Virus record (IMG/VR): IMGVR_UViG_3300002220_000288
Span: 33,491 to 97,490 of that record
Source of the DNA: a virus
Lineage: Duplodnaviria; Caudoviricetes
Length of the DNA: 64,000 bases
Reading direction: 5' to 3' (one strand)
In this document: piece by piece, positions 19,836 to 30,208 of the stretch
How the letters are laid out: each line of letters begins with the position of its first letter
Numbering within the stretch: the first letter of the stretch is position 1
Program-made: the position numbers and the translations under genes
Notes under the pieces: model-generated
What the model was told of the DNA's origin: nothing
The model's database searches: none
Seen by the model: the letters and a program-made list of their open reading frames with translations, nothing else

Positions 19836-20999
19836 TTAGTAGCTAGAGTACATCAGTGCGTCGATTGAGTGAGAGCGGTTCCAGTCAGCGCCTCCAGGCA
19901 TACCCGATCCGGCTCCGCGAGTCACAAACTGCTGCTGTAGCTTCTCATTGTCAGCTTGAGCCATATCGAGATAAGCTGCCTCGAACTTCTGCTCGTAATC
20001 ACGAGATGCCCGTGGGTCATAGAAAGCATCGTCTGGCCCGATTTTTATCCGATAAGCATCGGCCATCGCTCCGTAAAACAACACAGTCGGGTTCATGAAA
20101 GATGGGATTCTGTCCCCTTCGGTTGTCAGCTTGGGAGGTTGCTTGAAATAGAAAACCCTTAACTGGCGCTCTTCTTGAGGGGAAGGCCAAATCTCCCACT
20201 GCATATTCCCATTTGCGTTAGTGCCACGGTTTGCTAATATCTGAGGGTATCCAGTAGAAACTCGCTGAGGGTCGATTCGGTTGATCTCCGTGATAGGGAC
20301 ATCAATCCTTAAAGGAGGAATGCCTTGGGCTTGGTCCACCACGGCGCTTAACATCTTAATGTCGGGCGCAACCGTATAGTACATCTGCCGAATAGTGTAA
20401 GCTACTCCCGATTGTGCAGTAGCTTTCCATTCCATGTCGAGAATGGCTTGAGTACTGGATACTACCGCCTCGATAGTGAATATAGGAAATGTGTTTCCGC
20501 ATCGGACTTGACGGCCAGCCAGTGAACTTGAGGTAGCCGTACACCCGGCCGAGTGAGCGTAGTTAAATATAGCCGTAAATGAAGTAGGCCCAACGTAGAT
20601 CACGGACACGATCTCAGGGGTGCCGCCTGCATCCACATATAGGTAGGTATCTGCCGTGATACCTGTCATAGACGCCGGGGTTACGGTCTGAAATCCAGGC
20701 CGTAAAACCCCAGCGGGAATAGTTGTGTTTACTACGTCGCTTACAGGCCAAGTCATTCCGGTCCCGTTAATCACCTTACTGTTCTGGGTGAAGTCAATAG
20801 AACCGGCGTTATAGGGGGTCGGAACGTACAGGATAGTCTCTTCAAAATTACCAGACCAGCAAGGTTGGCGGTCCAGAATAAGCCTAATCCTGTCGTTAAT
20901 GAAATCCTGCGCCACGGTCGGCGGCAGGTTGGGCTTGATCGCTCTAATGCGCCCAACTAATTCACCTAATGATGTCGTGTACTGCTGTTGAATAGCCAT
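19836..20999 (-). CDS. Head-tail adaptor-like protein with inserted beta domains
   Basis: SLGELVGRIR..QDFINDRI N-terminus, WEIWPSP...YFKQPPKL..DRIP and C-terminal helix typical of adaptors. Confidence 0.6.
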   Translation of the reverse strand: MAIQQQYTTSLGELVGRIRAIKPNLPPTVAQDFINDRIRLILDRQPCWSGNFEETILYVPTPYNAGSIDFTQNSKVINGTGMTWPVSDVVNTTIPAGVLRPGFQTVTPASMTGITADTYLYVDAGGTPEIVSVIYVGPTSFTAIFNYAHSAGCTATSSSLAGRQVRCGNTFPIFTIEAVVSSTQAILDMEWKATAQSGVAYTIRQMYYTVAPDIKMLSAVVDQAQGIPPLRIDVPITEINRIDPQRVSTGYPQILANRGTNANGNMQWEIWPSPQEERQLRVFYFKQPPKLTTEGDRIPSFMNPTVLFYGAMADAYRIKIGPDDAFYDPRASRDYEQKFEAAYLDMAQADNEKLQQQFVTRGAGSGMPGGADWNRSHSIDALMYSSY

Positions 21000-21014
21000 A
21001 GTGATGTAGTTGGG

Positions 21015-21037
21015 CCGGGAGGGTTATGCCCTCCCGG
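21015..21037 (-). other. GC-rich intergenic hairpin (no U-tract)
   Basis: CCGGGAGGG-N5-CCCTCCCGG. Confidence 0.45.
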
Positions 21038-21040
21038 TTG

Positions 21041-21406
21041 TTAGAAGCTGTACCAAGTACCGGCAGTTGCGCTCGTTGCCTTGCTGATGAGCGTGGCGCA
21101 AGTGTTGGTCGTGGTAATATCAGCGGCATAGGTTCCGACAATCGTATCGCCAGAGGCGGCAGCGATCTTGACGGTCTGAGCAGCCAGATTCAGAATCCGA
21201 ATCTGCTGAGAGTCACCAATACCAAGTCCACCGTATTGCGGAACTGCGATAGAGGGAAGAGTGATCGTGGCCGTGCCAGAGGTGGAGACGGTCAGGAGAT
21301 CACAAGGGTAAATGTTGCCTGCGGCTGGATTGTACCCGAGAGTCCGAGTACCAGCAGCGCCCGTGACGTTAGTTACGCCAGCTTGAAGTGCGCGATTACC
21401 TAGCAT
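21041..21406 (-). CDS. Capsid decoration/cement-like protein
   Basis: Directly after the major capsid gene; TITLP...G..I.I.N beta-rich pattern. Confidence 0.5.
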   Translation of the reverse strand: MLGNRALQAGVTNVTGAAGTRTLGYNPAAGNIYPCDLLTVSTSGTATITLPSIAVPQYGGLGIGDSQQIRILNLAAQTVKIAAASGDTIVGTYAADITTTNTCATLISKATSATAGTWYSF

Positions 21407-21452
21407 GTTGAATTTTTCCTTTTCTTTTTCTTGAGTTCTTTTAGGCTTTTAG

Positions 21453-21479
21453 TGGGGCGGCCAAACTGCGGCCACCCCA
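21453..21479 (-). other. Hairpin downstream of the major capsid gene
   Basis: TGGGGCGGCC / GGCCACCCCA; the single mismatch is a G-U pair on the minus strand. Confidence 0.45.
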
Positions 21480-21499
21480 TCTAGCTGATTTCAAACCAC

Positions 21500-22573
21500 T
21501 TAGGCGATGCCAGTGCCCGTCAATTTGAATGATGTGCGAGGGCTAGGGACAACCAAGTTGCCTGCAAACATGAACTGGCCGCTCACGTCAATGGTGTTCT
21601 GTGCTTCCTTGAAGCCGGTGAATCCGAACTGGAACTTCTTGTTTGCGGAAACATAGAGTTCCATGTAGTTCGTGTTCAGACCGAGGATGACGCCGTAGGT
21701 GGAACCAGCCACATCGTTCAGGTACTTGGAGATGGTGACATCTGCCGCGTTGAACTGGAAGGACTGGATACCAACCTTAGCAAGGTCGCTATCGGCACGC
21801 ATGTAACGCTGGTTGGAGATGGTGCTGTTCCAAATCCGGTTGTAAGCGCCCTGGGTGCAAACCAGAAGATCGGGCTGGTCGGCACCGAACCATGCAAAGC
21901 CGTAGGCGTTGTTCAGAACGTTGAGGGTGAACGAATCGACGTACCGATTGGTATAGGCGTTGATACCGTTTACCTGAGCGTAGGTCGTTGCGTCACCGGA
22001 GCTGGGGCCAGCTACGATGTCGGAGCGGGTGATGCCACCAACAGTCGCGAAGGAACGACGAACGTCAGTTACGGTCGTGTAGTTCACGCCGCCAGTACCG
22101 CTGGTCACCGTGCTGCCGTCGTCAACCCAGGCCATGAGGCCGTCGAGAGACTTAGTGCCGGAGAGAACTCCCTGGCCGTCCTGATAAACAGTCGTGCCGA
22201 GAAGCTTCGCCATGGTGAGAGAAGCATTTGCCATCTTGCTCTCTACGATAGAGAAGGCAGCTTCCGGGCCACGGTTCAGAACGTCGTCGGTTCCGAGTAA
22301 GGTTACGTTGACGTAGCCAAACTTCATGTTCACCGAGAAAGCCGTATCGGTCTGGCGGTAGCCGGTGTCGAACTGATCGCCACGAGCGAAGAACCCGTTA
22401 GCTAGTTCTGCGAACATGATAGGACGCTGAATGAACAGACCGCCCTCGAAGTTGATCTTGTTCTTCGACATAAGCCGAACAAACAGTGGATCGTTCTTAA
22501 AGATCACGTCAGTCGTCTTGGGGACGATGTGCTGAGTAGTGATCGCATTGATATCGTTATAAGTAAGTGCCAT
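21500..22573 (-). CDS. Major capsid protein
   Basis: 357 aa after the scaffold; starts MALTYNDINAIT, ends GQFMFAGNLVVPSPR, typical of podovirus HK97-fold coats. Confidence 0.85.
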   Translation of the reverse strand: MALTYNDINAITTQHIVPKTTDVIFKNDPLFVRLMSKNKINFEGGLFIQRPIMFAELANGFFARGDQFDTGYRQTDTAFSVNMKFGYVNVTLLGTDDVLNRGPEAAFSIVESKMANASLTMAKLLGTTVYQDGQGVLSGTKSLDGLMAWVDDGSTVTSGTGGVNYTTVTDVRRSFATVGGITRSDIVAGPSSGDATTYAQVNGINAYTNRYVDSFTLNVLNNAYGFAWFGADQPDLLVCTQGAYNRIWNSTISNQRYMRADSDLAKVGIQSFQFNAADVTISKYLNDVAGSTYGVILGLNTNYMELYVSANKKFQFGFTGFKEAQNTIDVSGQFMFAGNLVVPSPRTSFKLTGTGIA

Positions 22574-22622
22574 GATTTCCTCTTTGAGAAATTACCGGGA
22601 ACCAAGAACACTCACTTGTGAG

Positions 22623-23471
22623 TTATTCCGTGATTCCAAGTTGTTGTTTCCTGTAAGCCTGTGCTGCGATTTGAGCTAAGGTTCCGTCACCCAGGTTGGC
22701 CTTCTCTGCCGCATCTGGCTGTCCCACCGAACGTACCCGAGCTTCAAAATGTCCCGTTGTTGGCTCACCCTGGTCAATCGGTAAACCACCCGAATTGGGA
22801 AGCTGAGCCAAAACCTCTTGCTTTGCCTTCTCGCGTTCTTCATTACGAATGCGCTCGATCTTTTCTTCCATCTGCCGCTCTTCGCGTGACTTCCGCTCTT
22901 CGGCAACGTAGCGGTCATACGCCGAATCAAGATCGTTCGTTCCGTATTCGCCTAGCTTCGAGATGAACTCCCGAACCTTCAGTGGCTTGCCAAATTCGTG
23001 AATATGTTCGGCTGTCTTTTCAGCAATTACCGCCGAGAAATAAGCAGAGCCTTGGAAGCCCTTGTCAATCTCTTGAGCTTTGCTATTGATGGCCGATTCC
23101 AAATCAGTCTTGGTCATCACACCACGTTCAGTCAGGAAGCCTTCGGTGAAGTTCTTGATCTCATCAAATGTCATGTCTGTATCCGTCCTTGATTCTAGTT
23201 CCTGTGCTTTATTGCGCCAGTAGATTTCCATCTTAGGAGCGTTGTTTTCCGCATCCCAGTTTTCTTCTGCCCACTTGTTCCACGCCTCCACTTTCTTCTC
23301 CGTATCACGGAAAGAATCCAGCTTGCGCGAATAATCGGACTGTCGAAGCCATCCATTTTTGATTTCTGGATACTTATTTGATAAAGTCTCAAGCGATTCA
23401 CGGTCATCTGCATCTGAAACTAAGCCATTCAAAATATCATCGAAGCTATTTACTGCCATTTTCCCTTTCAA
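22623..23471 (-). CDS. Capsid scaffolding protein
   Basis: GWLRQSDYSRK motif, acidic coiled coil, immediately upstream of the major capsid gene. Confidence 0.75.
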   Translation of the reverse strand: MKGKMAVNSFDDILNGLVSDADDRESLETLSNKYPEIKNGWLRQSDYSRKLDSFRDTEKKVEAWNKWAEENWDAENNAPKMEIYWRNKAQELESRTDTDMTFDEIKNFTEGFLTERGVMTKTDLESAINSKAQEIDKGFQGSAYFSAVIAEKTAEHIHEFGKPLKVREFISKLGEYGTNDLDSAYDRYVAEERKSREERQMEEKIERIRNEEREKAKQEVLAQLPNSGGLPIDQGEPTTGHFEARVRSVGQPDAAEKANLGDGTLAQIAAQAYRKQQLGITE

Positions 23472-23546
23472 CAGCTCCAGCTAACCTGTTCTTGTAACCT
23501 GTCTTTCGACGCCAGTTCAAGGTAGTTGCCTGCTGCTTGAGGTTGG

Positions 23547-23903
23547 TTAAGCGCCTAAGCCCATTCCGCCAGGGCCTTCTGCTTGAGGAGGCGTCTGAGC
23601 GGTTTGCTGCTGAGGCATTTGTGTCTGGATTTCATTGGAGAGCATAGAGCCAGCTTCAGCCATCTTTTGAACGATAGGCATAAGCTCTTTCTTGCTCTGT
23701 CCGACAACCTGCGCTACCTTCATCAGGCTAGAAGCAATGTCGTCGAGTAAAGTCTGTACAAATTTCATGGGGTCTTGCGACTCAGCAGCAGCGCCGCCGC
23801 CGCCAACCATGCCCCGAGCCTGATCTGCATAAGCAGCCATCGGAGGCATCTGTTGTGCCATGACATCTGGTGAAACCGGAGGTGTACCTGCTACTGGACC
23901 CAT
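23547..23903 (-). CDS. Hypothetical Pro/Gln/Met-rich head-associated protein
   Basis: ORF between portal and scaffold, AAGGA RBS. Confidence 0.55.
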   Translation of the reverse strand: MGPVAGTPPVSPDVMAQQMPPMAAYADQARGMVGGGGAAAESQDPMKFVQTLLDDIASSLMKVAQVVGQSKKELMPIVQKMAEAGSMLSNEIQTQMPQQQTAQTPPQAEGPGGMGLGA

Positions 23904-23912
23904 GATATATCC

Positions 23913-24188
23913 TTAGAAACCCTTCTTGCTGTCCACTGCCCGTTCGGACATCGGGGTGTTTGCCGACTGATAGCCAAGAACCGGGGCGTCACTCATCTTG
24001 ATTTGGTCCCCGATAACTTGAAACTTCCCACTGTGAGCGCCTGCCCCGTACTTGACGTTGGATGGCGTGGTCTGAAGAGGGACCGTCGTTCCAATAGTCT
24101 GAGCCTGCGGCTTACCGTGGTTTTCAGGCAGCACATTGCGTGGCTCGCTCTTTACGGGTTGAGTTGTGCCAATGATCTGTGCTTTCAT
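23913..24188 (-). CDS. Hypothetical protein with internal AQxIGTT repeat
   Basis: AQIIGTT / AQTIGTT / FQVIGDQ; AGGAGA RBS. Confidence 0.55.
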   Translation of the reverse strand: MKAQIIGTTQPVKSEPRNVLPENHGKPQAQTIGTTVPLQTTPSNVKYGAGAHSGKFQVIGDQIKMSDAPVLGYQSANTPMSERAVDSKKGF

Positions 24189-24276
24189 CTGATCTCCTAT
24201 AGCCTATAAGTCTTGTGACCTATTAAGGCTCTAATCTAATTCTTGAACATTGGGTTGACATAGTGCAAAGAAAAAG

Positions 24277-24972
24277 TTATAGTCCTAGCTTGTATCTGGC
24301 CAATAAGTAGCTTTTTACTAATCCAGATCGAACAATGTCATTGATATCAAACTCTACGAACCCAAATTCCATCATAGAGCAGATAATCTTTCCGAACCAC
24401 GGCATTCCAGATGCGCCCTTGCCGGTGACTAAATCATTCTGCCTAATATCGCCACAAAGTATAACGCGGCAACCAGGGCCGACTCGGGTAATGACAGTAT
24501 CAAGCTCCTGGGTGGTGCAGTTCTGGATTTCATCAACGATGATCGCCGCATTCTTGTAAGTAACGCCACGGAGATAACTGGTCGATACCATATTGACATA
24601 TCCCTTCTTGCGAAGGATTGACCATGCATCATCTCGACCGAATAGGTTGTTAACTAGTTGCCGGTAAGGGTCTTCGTAAACGGATAGCTTCTCTTGAAGA
24701 TTTCCCGGAAGGAATCCCATGTCCCGGCTAGGAACCGTACTCCTGACTATCTCGATACTGGATATCTTTCCTTCAATTAGATCCTTGAAGGCGAGGTACA
24801 AAGCGATAAACGTCTTGCCTGTTCCAGCCGTCCCGGTAAGCATTAGCTGCTTGCCTTGATAGTACTGGTCGAATACTTCCCTCTGACTGTCCGTTAAAGG
24901 CTTTACATCCCTTAGTTCAAACCCGTTCTCAAATGTCTTGGTCTTTGATTTATCTACTGTCTTTCTAGCCAA
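24277..24972 (-). CDS. phoH: PhoH-family ATPase
   Basis: GTAGTGKT, GFLPG, YLRGVT, DEIQN, TRVG, GDIRQND, DIVRSGLV. Confidence 0.95.
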   Translation of the reverse strand: MARKTVDKSKTKTFENGFELRDVKPLTDSQREVFDQYYQGKQLMLTGTAGTGKTFIALYLAFKDLIEGKISSIEIVRSTVPSRDMGFLPGNLQEKLSVYEDPYRQLVNNLFGRDDAWSILRKKGYVNMVSTSYLRGVTYKNAAIIVDEIQNCTTQELDTVITRVGPGCRVILCGDIRQNDLVTGKGASGMPWFGKIICSMMEFGFVEFDINDIVRSGLVKSYLLARYKLGL

Positions 24973-24984
24973 GCGATACCTTTC

Positions 24985-26874
24985 TTACCCAGGCATTGCG
25001 GCGGAAGGGCCACCCTGTTCAGCTACCGAACGAGGCGCTCTCCCTGATGTCTGTAGCGATGCCGTAGCCTGAGCCTCTTCCATGAGTTCTTGTAGTATTT
25101 GGTCGGCACGTTCCGGGTCGATCTCCAGCCTTCGATAAAGTTCCTTCCTGGAAATAAGGCCACGGGCAGCGAGACTAACTGCTTCCATCTTCTCACGATC
25201 CTTGGCCCCAGAGTGCAAAGAACCCGGCTTTACGGTCATAGAGAAAATAGACCAGAAGGTTTCCTTGCGCTGCTTGTCGAAATCACCATCAGAACCCGGA
25301 TAAAGATTGCCTGGGTCGTAGGTAAAGTCTTCCCAGCTTAGGCCGTTCTCCCCCAACATCTTCATGCGCTGGCGTGCTGTATAGAACTGAATGACGTTAG
25401 ATACAGCCTGAGTACCGCATCGCTGCAAGAACGACTCCAGATACCTCTCTTCCCTGCGAAGCGGGGTCTGTAGGGTATCTCGCATCTGGTCGATTGTCTC
25501 TCCAGATGGAAGCTGATTCTTACCGGCAAGCTTCGACATATCCATGATGCCGCTCATCTTGTCAAACTCAGGCATGATTACGCCCTGAAGCAAGGCAATG
25601 ACATACTGAGGAATCTGCGGGATCTGGCCGTATTGGATATCAGTGCCAATGTTGACGTTCGGATTTACCTTCAGCCTAGCACCGGGCATGTCGCTCAAGT
25701 ATTCGCGCCAAGCGGCTTCCGAGGCTACGTTGGTCTTTGCGATCAGCGTCGGGTTCAATACACGCTTCGACATATCCAGCATACCGGCAGGGATCTCGTT
25801 GATAGCGTCCTGCATCGGAACAAGGGAGCGGTATGTGCTTAATCCGTAAAAAGACCACGGGACCGGGTTGAGCCGCAAGTCTACGAACGGATACATGCCG
25901 TGCCAGAAAGGAGACGGACCATCGTAAAGAAGTCGGTCGCCAGCGAAGATGATAAGGCGCTTCCTCGGATAGAGTCGCTGCCCAGGCTTCACCTTATACC
26001 ACCAGTTGTGCATATCTGGTGGGAGAAATGGATCACGGACAATTACTTCTTTATTTGATTCATTGATGCTTAGATCATCTACGTAATACTCTTCGAGTTC
26101 AATAGCTCCGTACATCTTAGAGCCATAAGCACTGAAGTCGCCTGTCTGAACGCCAACCAGCTTACGGAAAGCGGGAGACATCTGGCTCCAGGTGTATTCG
26201 GGTACGTGCGCGGGACGGGAGTATTTGTCTTGTGGCTTTGCCTCCCAGTATTTAGCCTGATCCTCAATTCCCTGTGCGCTCATAGGGAATACTTTCTTGA
26301 AGTAAGAGATAGGCTTCCAGTTCCGATATAAGATAGCCGCAGAGTCCTGTAGGCTAGTCTTGCTGGGCTGAATTGGCATTACGTTATCAGGCCCAAGGGG
26401 AACAACCCGCATTGATCCAGGCGCGGAAGCTCCTATTCGCCAATAAGAGATCCCGTGAAGCATGGCGATATCAACAGCATCTACTAGTGCGTCACCCATG
26501 TTTTGACGCATCCATTCCGCCCTGATTACATTGGCGATTACTTGAGCTGGCTCTTCGTATGCTTCAACATTTGTAGAGACGTCGATCGACGGACGAGAAT
26601 CGGTAAGCAGAGAAAGCCGCTCCCTGCGAACTAGCTCCATCTTGTTGTCAACGAACCGGCTCTTATACTTAGGCCGCCGATTATCCCACTGAGCGCCCTC
26701 TAGGTATCGAATATACCTTTCGACATTCGGGAACTCAATGGAGTTACGGTAGGAAAGCATCGCTTGTTCGCGTGTTCCATCTCGCCACTCTTTAATCTTT
26801 CGGGTGTAGTTCGCCCTATACTCAGGGGTTTCTCCTGATTTAGTCAAAGATGGCGAATGTGGTAGTCTTTCCAT
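24985..26874 (-). CDS. Portal protein
   Basis: 629 aa near the terminase; YPFV..PVPWSFYG.S....L..Q..IN pattern of P22-like portals. Confidence 0.85.
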   Translation of the reverse strand: MERLPHSPSLTKSGETPEYRANYTRKIKEWRDGTREQAMLSYRNSIEFPNVERYIRYLEGAQWDNRRPKYKSRFVDNKMELVRRERLSLLTDSRPSIDVSTNVEAYEEPAQVIANVIRAEWMRQNMGDALVDAVDIAMLHGISYWRIGASAPGSMRVVPLGPDNVMPIQPSKTSLQDSAAILYRNWKPISYFKKVFPMSAQGIEDQAKYWEAKPQDKYSRPAHVPEYTWSQMSPAFRKLVGVQTGDFSAYGSKMYGAIELEEYYVDDLSINESNKEVIVRDPFLPPDMHNWWYKVKPGQRLYPRKRLIIFAGDRLLYDGPSPFWHGMYPFVDLRLNPVPWSFYGLSTYRSLVPMQDAINEIPAGMLDMSKRVLNPTLIAKTNVASEAAWREYLSDMPGARLKVNPNVNIGTDIQYGQIPQIPQYVIALLQGVIMPEFDKMSGIMDMSKLAGKNQLPSGETIDQMRDTLQTPLRREERYLESFLQRCGTQAVSNVIQFYTARQRMKMLGENGLSWEDFTYDPGNLYPGSDGDFDKQRKETFWSIFSMTVKPGSLHSGAKDREKMEAVSLAARGLISRKELYRRLEIDPERADQILQELMEEAQATASLQTSGRAPRSVAEQGGPSAAMPG

Positions 26875-26877
26875 ACG

Positions 26878-27264
26878 TTAAATCCACTGTCCCTTTTCTC
26901 CGCTAGTGTTCTTCTTGGTGATTCCGTTTTCATCGGCAGTGCAAGAAGATGGGAGTTCGTTTGGATCATAGTAGCCGTAACGATGGCAGAACTCTTTTTG
27001 GTCTTGCCTAGTACGGATAAAATGCTTTACTGGAGTACCATTCTCATCTCTGGCGTGCGCCCAATGGCCTTCGCTATTCTGTCCTAGGTATTGCCCTAAT
27101 TCCTTAGCCCAAACGATACTTGGGGCAGATACGTAGCGATGTACTTCTTGCTTGCAAGCAGGACATGCCGGATTCGGGCTATCCCAGCGGCGGACGAAGA
27201 ATTCAAACAAACTGCCCTGCTTGTCACAGGATTCATTCTTGCAAGTACCTTCGTAGGTAGGCAT
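26878..27264 (-). CDS. FmdB-like zinc-ribbon protein
   Basis: MPTYEGTC...C...CPAC...RYVSAP. Confidence 0.75.
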   Translation of the reverse strand: MPTYEGTCKNESCDKQGSLFEFFVRRWDSPNPACPACKQEVHRYVSAPSIVWAKELGQYLGQNSEGHWAHARDENGTPVKHFIRTRQDQKEFCHRYGYYDPNELPSSCTADENGITKKNTSGEKGQWI

Positions 27265-27810
27265 TTAGGCGGCAACTCCCGAATGTGCAGTAACTGCGGT
27301 CGTGATATCAGAAGAACTCTCAAGCTTCTTCCCAGCAGCCTCACTCATCTGTTTTAGCTGTTCGTTCGTGAACGGAACCCATCGAACATCACCGGAGACG
27401 CCGTACAGCCATCCGTTCGTGATGATGTGGCTCCAGCAGTTAGTAAGCCAGTGGTCGACTGTTACGCCTTGAACCCGCGCCGAGTCCTCGATATTCGGCT
27501 TCAGTGATGGGTCAACCACAACCTTGAACACCGAATCGCCGTCCTCTTCAGGTACGGAATTGATTACTGCGTTCACGATATCAGAAGAAGAGGTAACGTC
27601 CTCTCCCAGTGCCTCACTCATAGCTTGAATATCGTCACCTGATAGCATCAAGCCGCCATCGGCGTATGCTGACAAATAATTGGCAACACAAGTATTTAGG
27701 TAAGCCTGGACATTCTCGGGATCAACAGCCTCAAATACTTCATAGTCCTTAATCGGGATAGACAACTCAAGATTCACTTGAACATTCGTTGGTTTTGTGC
27801 TCTTTGCCAT
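27265..27810 (-). CDS. Hypothetical protein, probably leaderless
   Basis: Internal duplication (MSEALG..SSSDI / MSEAAG..SSSDI); TAAGAT 6 nt before ATG. Confidence 0.6.
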   Translation of the reverse strand: MAKSTKPTNVQVNLELSIPIKDYEVFEAVDPENVQAYLNTCVANYLSAYADGGLMLSGDDIQAMSEALGEDVTSSSDIVNAVINSVPEEDGDSVFKVVVDPSLKPNIEDSARVQGVTVDHWLTNCWSHIITNGWLYGVSGDVRWVPFTNEQLKQMSEAAGKKLESSSDITTAVTAHSGVAA

Positions 27811-27851
27811 GACTATATCTTACCGTTTCTGAAAGTCCAATAGATAACAAT

Positions 27852-30038
27852 TTACAACAATGCATAGTCCCTTACGCCCCAATCCTTCTCTTCTCCGTAG
27901 GAAGAATGATCGCCTTCCGGCTTTGGGTCAAAGTCTCGAAGGTCGTTTCTTGGGTCTTGTTGCTTGGATATCGGCACATGGAGATTCCTGCTTGCCAAGA
28001 CAAACATGGACTGACAGAATGGGCAATTACGTATTGTTCCAGGAGAGTCAGCCCCCCACACTTTATGGCATTTCCCGCAGCTCATCTTGTAATCGCACGT
28101 ATCTGGGGTTCTTTCAATCTTACTGGGAACAATTCCGTAGTTGTCTTCGTAATCTCCCTCGTGGGCGGTAAACAAACATATCATAGCTGCCATCACAACG
28201 TCGTCGTTAAATCCGCCCTGCGCCCCTGTCCTGAGGCTCCCGTCTATGCTAGTGAACACCTTTATTTCATCAAGAAAGCGAGGGTCTCTGGCTATGAAGA
28301 TACCTTCCTTGAGCCACCTGTCGGCTGTGACAATCAGTTTCGGCTTTGTGTTTTGAAGAGTCAGCCAGTGGGGAGCGCCAGTCGTTGTCTTCCTTCGATA
28401 GCAGTTCGGGTAAGACAGATTGTTTAACAACTGGTCGGCGGTTGAGTTTCCTGGCGTGTTGTACTCTACCGCTATCTGAGCCTCGTTATACCACTTCCCT
28501 AGCTTGGCTATCTCATAAGACAAGTCTAGGGGGTTGACGATATTGGTTCTTAGAGTAGCGACGTGGACATCCTCGCTCCCGGAGGTCCCGACTCGATTGA
28601 CCCAGGCAACCGAGAAGTCCTTGCCTTTGCCGTATCCAACGTCAACGCCAATTTGATACCGAGCGTTGGTGATCGGCTTTTCCCACACCCAGAGATGAAG
28701 GTCTTCGCCGTCGTGAAACATCGAGCAGCCTTCCAAGTGGCACTTGCGGCCTAAGTCATTATCGGAATAGCCATGAAAGTACCCATGTCGATCAAAGAAG
28801 CCTTTAAGAGGAGATGGCGCTCTTTCGGTGAAATACTCGACATTCTCAATTGCCTTCTCACTAAACACCTGTTCGCCTTTTGCGATAAAGGCTTCCTCGG
28901 CGGTAAGCGCAAGTTCCTGCTTGATCGACTTGGTATTACTGGCGTTTACTCGCTCATTCACAATGAAGTAAATCTGGTCGTCTCTTAATACGTAAGGCTC
29001 AAGAGTGCCGGAGTCGCATACTTGACAGGTGGTTCCGTCTAGGGTTCCGGTTGGCGTCTTTCTATTGAAGTACCTACCGCAGACTTTATTGCTGCATCTG
29101 CACCAATTAGACTCAACGACATCCCGCATCCGCTTTTCTTCTTCGCCAATGCGCCAGCCGGAAGGAGGAGCTAGAACTCTCTTTTTCTCAAAGAAGTAAG
29201 GCAAGAAGACAGCTTCCCAGTCGGCTTTATCTCCGAGGTTTACGCACTTCTTGTAGAAAGCATGGCTCTCCGTCCCAGCGCCCTTTGCGGTTGATTCTAA
29301 GATAGCTATCGTATCAGGGCTATTGACGAGAGCGTACTTCAAGTCTTCTTCTAGCGTTCCCTGAAGGTCAGACCAAGAGGTGAACTCTGAGCCGTGAAAA
29401 GCATTGAGGCGGTAGCCTTGGCCTAGCCCGCCTTTTCGATTCGCCCACTGTACGCGAATTAGGGAGTTCAACCCGAGTCCGCCGTCTTTAGCCGGTACGT
29501 CAAGAACAATGCCGGTGTCTAGCTTAAACGAACTACTCTTAGGCCGAAGCCACCAAGGTAACTGCCGGTAGATTGGCGACAAATAGCTATTGAACAAGTT
29601 TTGGGACTGGTCTTCGTCTTCCGATACGATCATCCCTCTACGGTTAGACCTGAACATGCAAACCCATGCCACGATACCGCAACCAAGAAGAGATAAGCCC
29701 AACTGTCGAGCCTTGATAAGACAGATTCGCTGCGGCTTCCCGCGCTTCTTCATGTCCTCTAGCTTCTGAAGGACTAACTCTTGGCCATCCCAAAGTTCAA
29801 ACAGTCGGTCGTTGCCTTCTTTATCTGATATCCAGAAGTAGTTACTAGCAGCGTACCGGAAGTCTTCCCGGCATCTTTGGAGTTCTGACGCCACAAGCAT
29901 CAACTCCTGATTGTTCAGTAACTTAAACCTGTCTTCTTCAGGCACTTTCTCGAACTTGCCAGTCTCAAAGTATTCAACGATATCCCAGACGTGAGAACTT
30001 CTTGTTCGGGACCTTAATTCTCTAGGGGGTATAATCAC
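27852..30038 (-). CDS. Terminase large subunit
   Basis: LIKARQLG Walker A, HGSE, ILESTAKG, IGVDVG..DFS nuclease, AVEYN, NDDVVMA. Confidence 0.93.
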   Translation of the reverse strand: MIIPPRELRSRTRSSHVWDIVEYFETGKFEKVPEEDRFKLLNNQELMLVASELQRCREDFRYAASNYFWISDKEGNDRLFELWDGQELVLQKLEDMKKRGKPQRICLIKARQLGLSLLGCGIVAWVCMFRSNRRGMIVSEDEDQSQNLFNSYLSPIYRQLPWWLRPKSSSFKLDTGIVLDVPAKDGGLGLNSLIRVQWANRKGGLGQGYRLNAFHGSEFTSWSDLQGTLEEDLKYALVNSPDTIAILESTAKGAGTESHAFYKKCVNLGDKADWEAVFLPYFFEKKRVLAPPSGWRIGEEEKRMRDVVESNWCRCSNKVCGRYFNRKTPTGTLDGTTCQVCDSGTLEPYVLRDDQIYFIVNERVNASNTKSIKQELALTAEEAFIAKGEQVFSEKAIENVEYFTERAPSPLKGFFDRHGYFHGYSDNDLGRKCHLEGCSMFHDGEDLHLWVWEKPITNARYQIGVDVGYGKGKDFSVAWVNRVGTSGSEDVHVATLRTNIVNPLDLSYEIAKLGKWYNEAQIAVEYNTPGNSTADQLLNNLSYPNCYRRKTTTGAPHWLTLQNTKPKLIVTADRWLKEGIFIARDPRFLDEIKVFTSIDGSLRTGAQGGFNDDVVMAAMICLFTAHEGDYEDNYGIVPSKIERTPDTCDYKMSCGKCHKVWGADSPGTIRNCPFCQSMFVLASRNLHVPISKQQDPRNDLRDFDPKPEGDHSSYGEEKDWGVRDYALL

Positions 30039-30208
30039 TTCTTCTTTTTCATTGCCATAGTCTTGCCGCCTTGCCGCTCTTCGCTCAGTGCGATTGCGAT
30101 TGCCTGCTTAGGATTCTTGACTACTGGCCCTTTCTTTGAACCTGAGCGCAGCTTTCCCTTTTTGAACTCTCGCATAACCTTGCTTATCTTGTCAGACTTT
30201 TTTGCCAT
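30035..30208 (-). CDS. Lys-rich microprotein (DUF6496-like)
   Basis: KISKVMREFKKGKLRSGSKKGPVVKNPKQAIAIALSE. Confidence 0.75.
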   Translation of the reverse strand: MAKKSDKISKVMREFKKGKLRSGSKKGPVVKNPKQAIAIALSEERQGGKTMAMKKKK

